DNA of 64,000 nucleotides, from the IMG/VR virus record IMGVR_UViG_3300021256_000005; one strand, written 5' to 3'. The notes beneath the pieces are model-generated. The model saw nothing but the letters and a program-made list of their open reading frames with translations. It did no database searches and was not told the origin of the DNA. Position numbers and translations under genes: made by a program. Positions 44,714 through 52,613 of the stretch are shown piece after piece (within the stretch, counting starts at the first letter, position 1; every line of letters starts with the position of its first letter). The stretch comes from a virus.

Positions 44714-45487
44714 ATGAGAACTAGTATGAACAGAAAACTTGTAGATATATTAAGAAATCACAAACACTGGTTAGATAAAGACTGCGATGGATTTGTATAT
44801 ATGAGAGCCGATTTACGGGAAAGAGATTTACGTAGAGCTAATTTATATAAAGTCGACTTACAAAAAAGCTATTTACAGTATACTTGTTTCCGTGACGCCT
44901 TCTTAGCTCGTGCCAATTTATTCGCAGCTTATTTGTATGGAGCCGACATGCAGGGTTCTAATTTATATGAAACCGATTTAAGGAACACCGATTTAAGAAA
45001 AAGTGATTTAAGAAAAAGTGATTTACGGGGTGCGGATTTAAGGGATTCTGACTTACGTGGGAGCGATTTACGTGACGCCAAATTACAACATGCCAAGTTG
45101 CAGGGCGCAAAACTCCCATACATCCCTTACGCCTGCCCTGAAGCGGGAGCTTTTATAGGCTTCAAAAAATGCCGTGGACTTTTAATTGTTGAGATGGAAA
45201 TTCCCGCAGATGCAAAGAGACTGTCAGGTACGGGTCGCAAATGCAGGTGCGATAAAGCTAAAGTCTTGCGGATTTGGAATTTAGATCACACGGAATCTGA
45301 TAAAAACAAAGCAATTAGCAAATATGATGAAAATTTCGTGTACGAAGTCGGCAAAACGGTGTGCGTGGATGATTTTGAAGAAGACAGATGGGCAGAATGC
45401 GCACCTGGGATACACTTTTTTATCAACTTCCAAGAAGCTGTTGATCACGGTCTAATGAATAGAGGAATATATGAAAGAACTAAATAA
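44714..45487 (+). CDS. pentapeptide-repeat protein with C-terminal globular domain
   Basis: ANLYKVDLQKSYL....DLRNTDLRKSDLRKSDLRGADLRDSDLRGSDLRDAKLQHAKLQGAKL: a canonical A(D/N)LxX repeat array of ~100 aa. Confidence 0.85.
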   Translation: MRTSMNRKLVDILRNHKHWLDKDCDGFVYMRADLRERDLRRANLYKVDLQKSYLQYTCFRDAFLARANLFAAYLYGADMQGSNLYETDLRNTDLRKSDLRKSDLRGADLRDSDLRGSDLRDAKLQHAKLQGAKLPYIPYACPEAGAFIGFKKCRGLLIVEMEIPADAKRLSGTGRKCRCDKAKVLRIWNLDHTESDKNKAISKYDENFVYEVGKTVCVDDFEEDRWAECAPGIHFFINFQEAVDHGLMNRGIYERTK

Positions 45488-46076
45488 TTTTATAAACACG
45501 TTAAAAAATGAATACCAGTTAATTATTGAGCGTCATGACGAAACAGTTTTTGTTTCTGACAGTCATGCAATTTATAAAATACAATTGGATATATATAATA
45601 AGCATTTCAGACTTGCTAGTCCGAGATTTCCAGAACTTATAAACAATACTACATACAGATCAATAAAACAGAATATTTCCTATCCTTATTGGGGAGACTG
45701 TTATTTAGAAAAACTTTATAAAAGCGCACGAAAGTCAGCAATTTATACTGTCAGACAAACCAGTGTACAGTTTAAAACAGATTCATCAATCAAACAAATT
45801 TATACAAACGATAGGTTGAGCATATGTGTTGATGTCAAATATATCGACTTAGCTAATAGTATTGGAATCCGTACGTACACTGCATTTGTTGATAAATCAA
45901 CATCGCCAATCGTATTCGACAATTGTATAATCCTTCCTGCAATCACTAGTGAAAGTATACCGTGGAAAGATTTAATTGCAATTGCCAAAACATATGAAAA
46001 GAATGAAGCACTCAGTATCACACGTGTGCAAGATACAAACATCACATCGTGCGTCCCAAAAGGTAAGACTGTTTGA
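45471..46076 (+). CDS. hypothetical protein, paralog family D
   Basis: See 27633..28181. Confidence 0.7.
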   Translation: MKELNNFINTLKNEYQLIIERHDETVFVSDSHAIYKIQLDIYNKHFRLASPRFPELINNTTYRSIKQNISYPYWGDCYLEKLYKSARKSAIYTVRQTSVQFKTDSSIKQIYTNDRLSICVDVKYIDLANSIGIRTYTAFVDKSTSPIVFDNCIILPAITSESIPWKDLIAIAKTYEKNEALSITRVQDTNITSCVPKGKTV

Positions 46077-46124
46077 ATTATCGAAATCTTATGTCTATTA
46101 GAAAAAGAAAAAGGAATAAATAAG

Positions 46125-46367
46125 ATGAAAGTAATAAACCAGTATAAATGCGAAGTATGCGGTACAGCATATACCGACAAAAAGAAGTGTGAAGCTTGTG
46201 AATCGGGTCATAAAAAACCTACGAAAATCATAAATCGAAGGTATCGGGCAATCGGGATCAATTCCTCTGGTTTTCCTGATAAACTCACCGTTGCAACAAA
46301 AGATGGCGAGGAAGCGGTCTACAAATTTATTGGAAAGAAGGTGTACGATAATAATGTCTTGTGCTAA
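46125..46367 (+). CDS. small zinc-ribbon protein
   Basis: YKCEVCGTAY..KKCEACESGH (CxxC..CxxC). Confidence 0.6.
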   Translation: MKVINQYKCEVCGTAYTDKKKCEACESGHKKPTKIINRRYRAIGINSSGFPDKLTVATKDGEEAVYKFIGKKVYDNNVLC

Positions 46368-46548
46368 GAAATGTGACAGGTGTGGGAAGTATTATGATTA
46401 TTGCTATGATGATATTGTATACGGTTTTTCTCTCCTATCATATGATAGAAAAACAGACAAGCATCGCAATGAGGTAGAATTTGACATTTGCCCCGACTGT
46501 GTAGAATCATTCAACGAGTGGTTCATAAAAAAGGATTATATAAAATGA
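46354..46548 (+). CDS. small zinc-ribbon protein
   Basis: Start moved to ATG 46354 (MSCAKKCDRCGKYY...DICPDCV). Confidence 0.55.
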   Translation: MSCAKKCDRCGKYYDYCYDDIVYGFSLLSYDRKTDKHRNEVEFDICPDCVESFNEWFIKKDYIK

Positions 46549-46772
46549 ACAATAAATATAAACCGAGAGATACTGTATGCGTTTCTGAACTCAGTAAGAA
46601 TTTTGGATTGGTGCCAAAAGAAACTTACGGTACTGGTTTTGGAAGAATCGTAACAGTATTAGAAAATAACGAATATATAATTAGATTCGATAATGGAGTT
46701 GATATTATTCCAGAGAAATTTATTCTATTTAAAATCAGCGTTAGTCCTTTGGGAATATCAAAACTGAGGTAA
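46545..46772 (+). CDS. hypothetical protein
   Basis: Start moved to ATG 46545 (MNNKYKPRD..), a 4-nt overlap with the previous stop. Confidence 0.55.
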   Translation: MNNKYKPRDTVCVSELSKNFGLVPKETYGTGFGRIVTVLENNEYIIRFDNGVDIIPEKFILFKISVSPLGISKLR

Positions 46773-46936
46773 TATACATGATAGATGAGGAATTGTTCAA
46801 TAAATTGTTGATGTGATACTTTAAAGGTTCGAGAACCTGTGCAGGTATTAGTTGTAGCAATTGCATGTTTGATAGCATCAGAGGATTCCAGATTGGCGAG
46901 AAAGAAAAAGCGTTTAAAAAGTTAAAGGAGAATAGA

Positions 46937-47428
46937 ATGAAAAAGAATGAATTATTTACGAATGAAGAATGGCAGATATTGCAGGCTACAGATAAAAAGT
47001 ATAAGTGGATTATGAGAGATACCAATGGAGATTTAGTTCTTTATGAAAGTAAACCGAGATTTAATGTAGTTTCTTGTACATATCATAGTAGTGGATCAAC
47101 ATGTATATTAGGTGGTTTTAATGAAAAATTCAAATGTTTAGTTTCTAATTCATTACCATCAATGGCTATTCAGTTTAGAGAAGATATTATTGACGAGATC
47201 GAAAAGGAATATTTGAATAGTGTTCTGAAACCATTACCAGAAGTAAAATATATTATGTTGTTATTGATTCCCACTGGAAATAAAACAGGCGTAACACACA
47301 ATAATAGGTTACTTGTGAAATTTAAAACTGGTGAAAAGTTAGAGTTTCCAGAATTTCCATCAGGTCATATGTACGAAAATATGAGTTATAACGTCGAATA
47401 CACACCAGAAGAATTAGGGTTATCGTGA
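46937..47428 (+). CDS. hypothetical protein
   Basis: Start moved to ATG 46937 (MKKNELF..), after AAAGGAG. Confidence 0.6.
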   Translation: MKKNELFTNEEWQILQATDKKYKWIMRDTNGDLVLYESKPRFNVVSCTYHSSGSTCILGGFNEKFKCLVSNSLPSMAIQFREDIIDEIEKEYLNSVLKPLPEVKYIMLLLIPTGNKTGVTHNNRLLVKFKTGEKLEFPEFPSGHMYENMSYNVEYTPEELGLS

Positions 47429-47452
47429 TACTAGAGATGAAGAGGTAAAATT

Positions 47453-48328
47453 ATGACGCAATTTACTATGCTAATTGGATTGCCCGCCAGTGGGAAAACA
47501 ACGTTGGCAAAAAGTCTAAAAACAGAATTAAACGCTGTCATATTGAGTTCTGATGAAATCAGAGCAGAATTATACGGAGATGCTGAAAATCAAGAGCATA
47601 ATCCAGAAGTATTTAATCATATGAATAAACTGACACGAGAGTATTTACAAAAAGGTACTTCTGTAATTTATGACGCAACAAATATCAATTATAAAAAGCG
47701 TATGAATTTATTAAAACAGTTACCAGAGTGTCAAAAGGAATGTATTTTGGTAATGACTCAATATGAACAGTGTTTAATTAACAATCTCAGTCGAGAACGC
47801 AGAGTTCCGACTGAAGTTATAAAACGTATGTATCGTTCCTTTGTAGTACCGTATTATTATGAGGGGTGGGACGATATAAAAATACATTATTCGTTTGAAT
47901 ATAATGATGCAACATATTATCAATGGTTAAAAGACGCAGATAATTTTAATCAGGAAAATTATCATCACACATTGTTGCTCGGAGATCATATGCGCAAAAC
48001 AGCAGAACATGTGTTGAGTACAACTGGAAAGAAAGATGAATTGTATTATGCCGCTTGTATCCACGATATTGGAAAAATGAAAACGCAAACAAAAACAAAG
48101 GTTGACAAACAGGCGCATTATTTTGGACACCAGAACGTTGGAGCGTATGATAGTTTTTTCTTTACCAGAGAAAACTGTGATTTACTAAAACGAGCAATTT
48201 TGATCCAGTGGCACATGTTGTTGTACACGGTAAAGATTGACACAAACGTAAAATGGCAAAATTTATTAGGAGACAGTTTGATAAATCAATTACAGATTTT
48301 ATTTGAAGGAGACAAGCTTGCTAAATGA
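47453..48328 (+). CDS. polynucleotide kinase-like P-loop domain fused to HD phosphohydrolase domain (RNA end-healing candidate)
   Basis: N-terminal MLIGLPASGKTTLAK and SSDEIR (PNK/AAA_33-like). C-terminal HHTLLLGDHM and ACIHDIGK (HD motif). Confidence 0.65.
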   Translation: MTQFTMLIGLPASGKTTLAKSLKTELNAVILSSDEIRAELYGDAENQEHNPEVFNHMNKLTREYLQKGTSVIYDATNINYKKRMNLLKQLPECQKECILVMTQYEQCLINNLSRERRVPTEVIKRMYRSFVVPYYYEGWDDIKIHYSFEYNDATYYQWLKDADNFNQENYHHTLLLGDHMRKTAEHVLSTTGKKDELYYAACIHDIGKMKTQTKTKVDKQAHYFGHQNVGAYDSFFFTRENCDLLKRAILIQWHMLLYTVKIDTNVKWQNLLGDSLINQLQILFEGDKLAK

Positions 48329-49485
48329 AACCAGTTAATAATATATTGAAACCAAAGATTAGCAATTCTTATATCTGTAGGCTTATTTATAAAGATCCAA
48401 ACTGGCGTCAGGTACTAAAGGATAAACAAATCACCGTCAAACAAGAGGGGAATTTAATCATTTGCAATTATAGGCAGGGAGCAAATTTTTCTGATGAAAT
48501 AGTTCGAGAAGCCAGAGGAATTATTATAAACATAGATACTTGCAGAGTGGTTTGTTTTCCTATGAATAAATTTGGCAACTGGAATGAGTATTACGCTGAC
48601 ACGATTGATTGGATAATGGGTAACTTTACTGTCTATGATAAAATAGATGGTTCGTTGGTGAAATTATGGTACAACGAAGCTATTGGTGAATGGCAGTGGA
48701 GTACCAACGGCTGTATTACTACAGATAATATTGCTTATCAAAACGAATATGTTTCCTACACGTGGAATGACTTGATCCATATGGCACAGAATTATAATCA
48801 GCTGAATTTTGATAAGCTACAAAAATATGTTACCTATATGTTTGAGTTGATTAGTCCTTACACGCAGATTGTTGTTAAGTATCCAATTACGAGATTGTAT
48901 TATTTAGCCGCCAGACAAAATATCAGTGGTGAGGAAATCAGGCAAGACAATATCGGAATTAGCAGACCATCTACGCATAGATACACCAGTTTGGAACATT
49001 GTGTATCTCATGCAGAGCGATTAAATACAAAAGATCACATAACGGACGAGGGTTATGTAATTGTTGATAAAGAATTTCACAGAATCAAAGTGAAGTCACC
49101 GTCTTATATTGCTTATCATTATTTGCGCACTGGAACAAATTTTTCTAAACGTAAGATGATAAAGCTGATTCAAGATCCAAACGTGAATCAAGGTGCGCTT
49201 AATGAAAAGTCAACGGAATTTACGATGTATTGGAATTATTATCAGTTCCGTGTTAGTGAATTGGAATATCATGTGGAACGATATATAACTTATGTTAGAG
49301 CGTTATATGAAGAATTATCACATGATAGAAAAGCAGTTTATGAGCAGATACATAAAGACAAATATGGTTGTGCAGGATTGTCTGCTATTGGTAATGAACG
49401 CACAGCAAAAGAAATTTTGAATCAGATTTATGCTTATCAAACAAAAAAATATTTATCATGGATAAAAGAATTTCCAAAAAAGTAA
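48325..49485 (+). CDS. ATP-dependent RNA ligase
   Basis: Nucleotidyltransferase motif I YDKIDGSLV (KxDG), motif IV DEGYVIVD and motif V HRIKVKSPSY. 4-nt overlap with the kinase/HD gene. Confidence 0.7.
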   Translation: MKPVNNILKPKISNSYICRLIYKDPNWRQVLKDKQITVKQEGNLIICNYRQGANFSDEIVREARGIIINIDTCRVVCFPMNKFGNWNEYYADTIDWIMGNFTVYDKIDGSLVKLWYNEAIGEWQWSTNGCITTDNIAYQNEYVSYTWNDLIHMAQNYNQLNFDKLQKYVTYMFELISPYTQIVVKYPITRLYYLAARQNISGEEIRQDNIGISRPSTHRYTSLEHCVSHAERLNTKDHITDEGYVIVDKEFHRIKVKSPSYIAYHYLRTGTNFSKRKMIKLIQDPNVNQGALNEKSTEFTMYWNYYQFRVSELEYHVERYITYVRALYEELSHDRKAVYEQIHKDKYGCAGLSAIGNERTAKEILNQIYAYQTKKYLSWIKEFPKK

Positions 49486-49504
49486 AGTAATTATAAATTT
49501 ACAG

Positions 49505-49533
49505 TTGACAGAGTAACTAGAAAGTGGTAAGAT
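49505..49533 (+). promoter_or_regulatory. sigma-A-like promoter upstream of tRNA and replication module, with repeated TTACAGTTGA boxes
   Basis: TTGACA-N17-TAAGAT with the extended -10 TGg. TTACAGTTGA occurs at 49499 and 49536, with an inverted half CTGTCAAC at 49561. Confidence 0.5.
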
Positions 49534-49594
49534 AATTACAGTTGATGAAGTTCTTTGGAACTGTCAACAAAATATAGTTTCCTTTCCTTCTTAG

Positions 49595-49620
49595 AATTGG
49601 TGGATGTTCTTCCACCAATT
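49595..49620 (+). other. 10-bp perfect hairpin abutting the 5' end of the tRNA
   Basis: AATTGGTGGA-tgttct-TCCACCAATT ends 1 nt before tRNA position 1. There is no real T-tail, so it is not a convincing terminator. Confidence 0.7.
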
Positions 49621-49621
49621 T

Positions 49622-49693
49622 ACCCCCATCGCCAAATGGTTAAGGCATAGCACTTTGACTGCTACACTACTGGTTCGAGTCCAGTTGGGGGTG
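49622..49693 (+). tRNA. tRNA-Gln (anticodon UUG)
   Basis: Hand-folded. 7-bp acceptor stem ACCCCCA/TGGGGGT. 3-bp D-arm GCC/GGC with GG in the loop. Anticodon stem TAGCA/TGCTA with loop CT-TTG-AC. 4-nt variable loop. T-arm ACTGG-TTCGAGT-CCAGT. Discriminator G, no encoded CCA. 72 nt. Confidence 0.85.
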
Positions 49694-49754
49694 TTTAAAA
49701 CAATAAAAAATATAAAGAAAGGAGTCCATATGAATAAAATTGCAAGAATTAGAA

Positions 49755-49910
49755 ATGGGGATGTATGAATGTACATTTTGCAAAACAATTAAACCGTTAA
49801 AAATGGTTATTGATCGCTGTCCAGTATGTCAGCGAAGTATCCGTATATTTAATCTAACAGACAATGATGAACAATGGCTAGAAAAAATTTCAGAAAGATT
49901 TTCTAAATAG
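49755..49910 (+). CDS. small zinc-ribbon protein (51 aa)
   Basis: My own reading: MGMYECTFCKTIKPLKMVIDRCPVCQRSIRIFNLTDNDEQWLEKISERFSK. It has no SD of its own. Its start region overlaps the stop of a 12-codon mini-ORF (49730..49768) that has a strong AAAGGAG SD, which suggests coupling. Below the track cutoff. Confidence 0.4.
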   Translation: MGMYECTFCKTIKPLKMVIDRCPVCQRSIRIFNLTDNDEQWLEKISERFSK

Positions 49911-49924
49911 AGAAAGGAAATAAT

Positions 49925-50974
49925 ATGGTAGATAAATTTAATTTCGTAGGAGAATTATTCGTGCCAAAACGTGACGGTGCGCCAAACATGTGCCGTACAG
50001 CAAAGACAAAAAGTGGAGATAAATATCACTCGTTATCTTTTGGGATCAAAGAGTCAGATCATAATATGGCATTTGTAGAACTGTTTGGTATGAGAACAGA
50101 TACCATTAAAGTTTTTACAACTGACAGAGAACGTGTCGAGATTGAATGGGAAGATCGTTTTGATTCGGACAATGTTGCAAATGCAATGATGAAATATTCT
50201 GTGACATTCGATGAGCGTAAGGAATTTATCTCTGCATATGACGCAATTGAATACTTCATGGATAATTATGAAGATTATAAAGATAAAAAGTTCCGTGTGT
50301 CTGGTAGGATTCGTATGAATGTATATCAGGGTAAAGTTACACCACGTTATGAAATTCAGTATGTTTCGGTCGTAGATGCAGACACGAAATCTAAACTGCG
50401 CACAAGCATTGATGTATATTACAACAAAGAATCTTTAGATACTGCCGATTGGAAAAAAGAAAAAATCGTTCGGCTGAATGGTTATCAGAAGGCTTATATT
50501 GACAAAGAAAACGGTGTCAAATACGTGCCAAGCACATTTGTTTTTAACTGTTCTAAAGTTGACTTTGATAACGAAAAACAAAAAGCCGCTGTTGATTTCA
50601 GAATGAATGAATTTCTGAAACTGAAACAGAAAGGTTACGTTCATATGGGATGGACATGTGGTGTTGTTAATGGTACAGAAGAAGCAGAAATTTCATATGA
50701 TGATTTAACCAAAATGCAGAAAAAGTGCATTGATGCGGGAATTAACACACTGGACGATTTCAAAGAAAAAACATTTGGAAATCGTGTACAGGAAATGCGT
50801 CTGATTTCCCCTATTGTTATGGGAGAGTTTGAAGATGGTGTTGTCGGATGTGATATGAGTGATTCTGATTTTGAGGATGAAATTTATCATTACCATCAGC
50901 CAGAAGAAAAAGAAGAATCTGAAATGTTTGACGATGCTGTAATGGACGATGATGAAGAAAATTTATTCGGTTAA
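49925..50974 (+). CDS. ssDNA-binding protein candidate with acidic C-terminal tail
   Basis: 349 aa. First gene of the replication module. The C-terminus ..EKEESEMFDDAVMDDDEENLFG resembles an SSB-type acidic tip. No OB fold verified. Confidence 0.4.
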   Translation: MVDKFNFVGELFVPKRDGAPNMCRTAKTKSGDKYHSLSFGIKESDHNMAFVELFGMRTDTIKVFTTDRERVEIEWEDRFDSDNVANAMMKYSVTFDERKEFISAYDAIEYFMDNYEDYKDKKFRVSGRIRMNVYQGKVTPRYEIQYVSVVDADTKSKLRTSIDVYYNKESLDTADWKKEKIVRLNGYQKAYIDKENGVKYVPSTFVFNCSKVDFDNEKQKAAVDFRMNEFLKLKQKGYVHMGWTCGVVNGTEEAEISYDDLTKMQKKCIDAGINTLDDFKEKTFGNRVQEMRLISPIVMGEFEDGVVGCDMSDSDFEDEIYHYHQPEEKEESEMFDDAVMDDDEENLFG

Positions 50975-50983
50975 GAGGTAACG

Positions 50984-52102
50984 ATGGGAAAATACGGAAA
51001 GAAAAATCATGTAGACTTAAATCCACTGCACTATAACATTTGTCTGCTTGGTGAAGGTGGTATTGGTAAAACAACTATTATTTATCAGATGTGTGAGAAA
51101 TTAGTTGGTTCTGATGGATATATTCATTTCGATATGGGTCGTGAAGATGGAGCATCGGCAATTGAGGGAATTGTATCAGAGCCAATTGAAGACTGGCAAA
51201 AACTTGTAGACGTAGTAGACGATATTGTAGATAATAAAACAACTGATTACCAAGATTTACAGGTTGTTATTTTTGATAGTTTTGACGAACTGATGCGTTT
51301 AGCAGAAATCGAGACAATTCGTCAGCATAATAAGAAAAAACCAGATAACCGTGTAGATAGCATCAATTCTGCGTTTGGCGGGTTTGGTAAAGGATTAGAC
51401 TATGCAGTTGGTCTTGTTCTCGATACGATGTGGGAACTGAAAAACGTTGGCGTTAATTCAATTATTATCGGGCATGTAAAACGCACCGATATTGTAGATC
51501 CGATCACGCAGGAATCTTATTCTAAACTGACAGCTGATTCTACACAGAGATATTTTAATCAGATTAAAAACAAGATGCACTTTGTTGGTCTGGCATACAT
51601 TGATCGGGAGATTGTCAAAGAAAAAACAGGAAGAAAAGATATTCATAAAAAAGATATTACTATTGACAGAGTTACTGGTGAGAGCCGAATTATTAGTTTT
51701 AGGGATGATTCTTATTCTGTAGATTCTAAGTCTCGATTTGCTAATATCGTTGGTCAGATTCCGTTTGATTGTGATGCGTTTATCAAGGCAATGCAGGATG
51801 CGATTTTAGCAGAACAGTCAAAAGGAACAGAATCATTAGAAGATGCTAAAAAGAGACAGGAAGAAAAAGATAAAGAGTCTGCTCAAAAAGCAAAAGAATA
51901 CTCTGAGTCTGCTGTAGAAAACAAGGTGGATTTAGAACAGAATCTGGAACTGAAATCAAAAATCCTTAGTGCGTACAAAGTAGCTACAGATGATGAAAAA
52001 GACGCAATGAAAGAAATTTTATCTGATGCAGGCTTTGATCGAGTAGATGCGGAGTCAATTCCGACCAAAACGATGGAGAGATTATTAAAAGCATTACAGT
52101 AG
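50984..52102 (+). CDS. AAA_24 / Sak4-like RecA-fold ATPase
   Basis: Walker A CLLGEGGIGKTT, Walker B VVIFDSFDEL, then SIIIGHVK. Charged C-terminal extension. Confidence 0.55.
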   Translation: MGKYGKKNHVDLNPLHYNICLLGEGGIGKTTIIYQMCEKLVGSDGYIHFDMGREDGASAIEGIVSEPIEDWQKLVDVVDDIVDNKTTDYQDLQVVIFDSFDELMRLAEIETIRQHNKKKPDNRVDSINSAFGGFGKGLDYAVGLVLDTMWELKNVGVNSIIIGHVKRTDIVDPITQESYSKLTADSTQRYFNQIKNKMHFVGLAYIDREIVKEKTGRKDIHKKDITIDRVTGESRIISFRDDSYSVDSKSRFANIVGQIPFDCDAFIKAMQDAILAEQSKGTESLEDAKKRQEEKDKESAQKAKEYSESAVENKVDLEQNLELKSKILSAYKVATDDEKDAMKEILSDAGFDRVDAESIPTKTMERLLKALQ

Positions 52103-52112
52103 GTGATGTAAT

Positions 52113-52613
52113 ATGGCAAGAAAATGCAAATGTTGGATAACAAAAGAAGAAGGCACAACAGATGTATTTTTTAAAGCACCAGACGGACATTATTATAAAA
52201 CAGAAGAATTATATTTAGAGTGTCAGAGAGATAAACAATATCGCAAAGATACTTTGAATTTGATTGGGGAACTTGTTGGATATTCTTCAACCAAAAAGTT
52301 CCCCACTGTAATTACAAAAAAACTTAAAGAACTTGAAGTAAATTATTCTCGCAAAATAATCTATTATACATTTCTGTATTGTACCGATCAATTAAATTGG
52401 GCGGTGCGAAATAAAAGGTTTCAGAGTGACTATGGAATGTGTGCTTATATTATGGCGATCATTGCTAATCATATAGAAGAAATTGACAAAAAATTAAAGA
52501 AGGAGAAGGCTAACAATTCAGCAGTAGAAATCTTTGAGAATTACGATGATTTAAAAGTTTCCACTGTGCGGAAACCAACACACGATATTAGCCAATTTAT
52601 CAATGGAAGTTAA
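52113..52613 (+). CDS. hypothetical protein (possible initiator/helicase-loader by position)
   Basis: 166 aa, directly upstream of and overlapping the DnaB-like gene. N-terminal CKCW motif. No motif-level support. Confidence 0.55.
   Translation: MARKCKCWITKEEGTTDVFFKAPDGHYYKTEELYLECQRDKQYRKDTLNLIGELVGYSSTKKFPTVITKKLKELEVNYSRKIIYYTFLYCTDQLNWAVRNKRFQSDYGMCAYIMAIIANHIEEIDKKLKKEKANNSAVEIFENYDDLKVSTVRKPTHDISQFINGS

Noticed and set aside
49591-49788. 65-aa minus-strand ORF
   Set aside because: It lies antisense over the tRNA-Gln gene and its leader hairpin. It is an artefact of the ORF scan.
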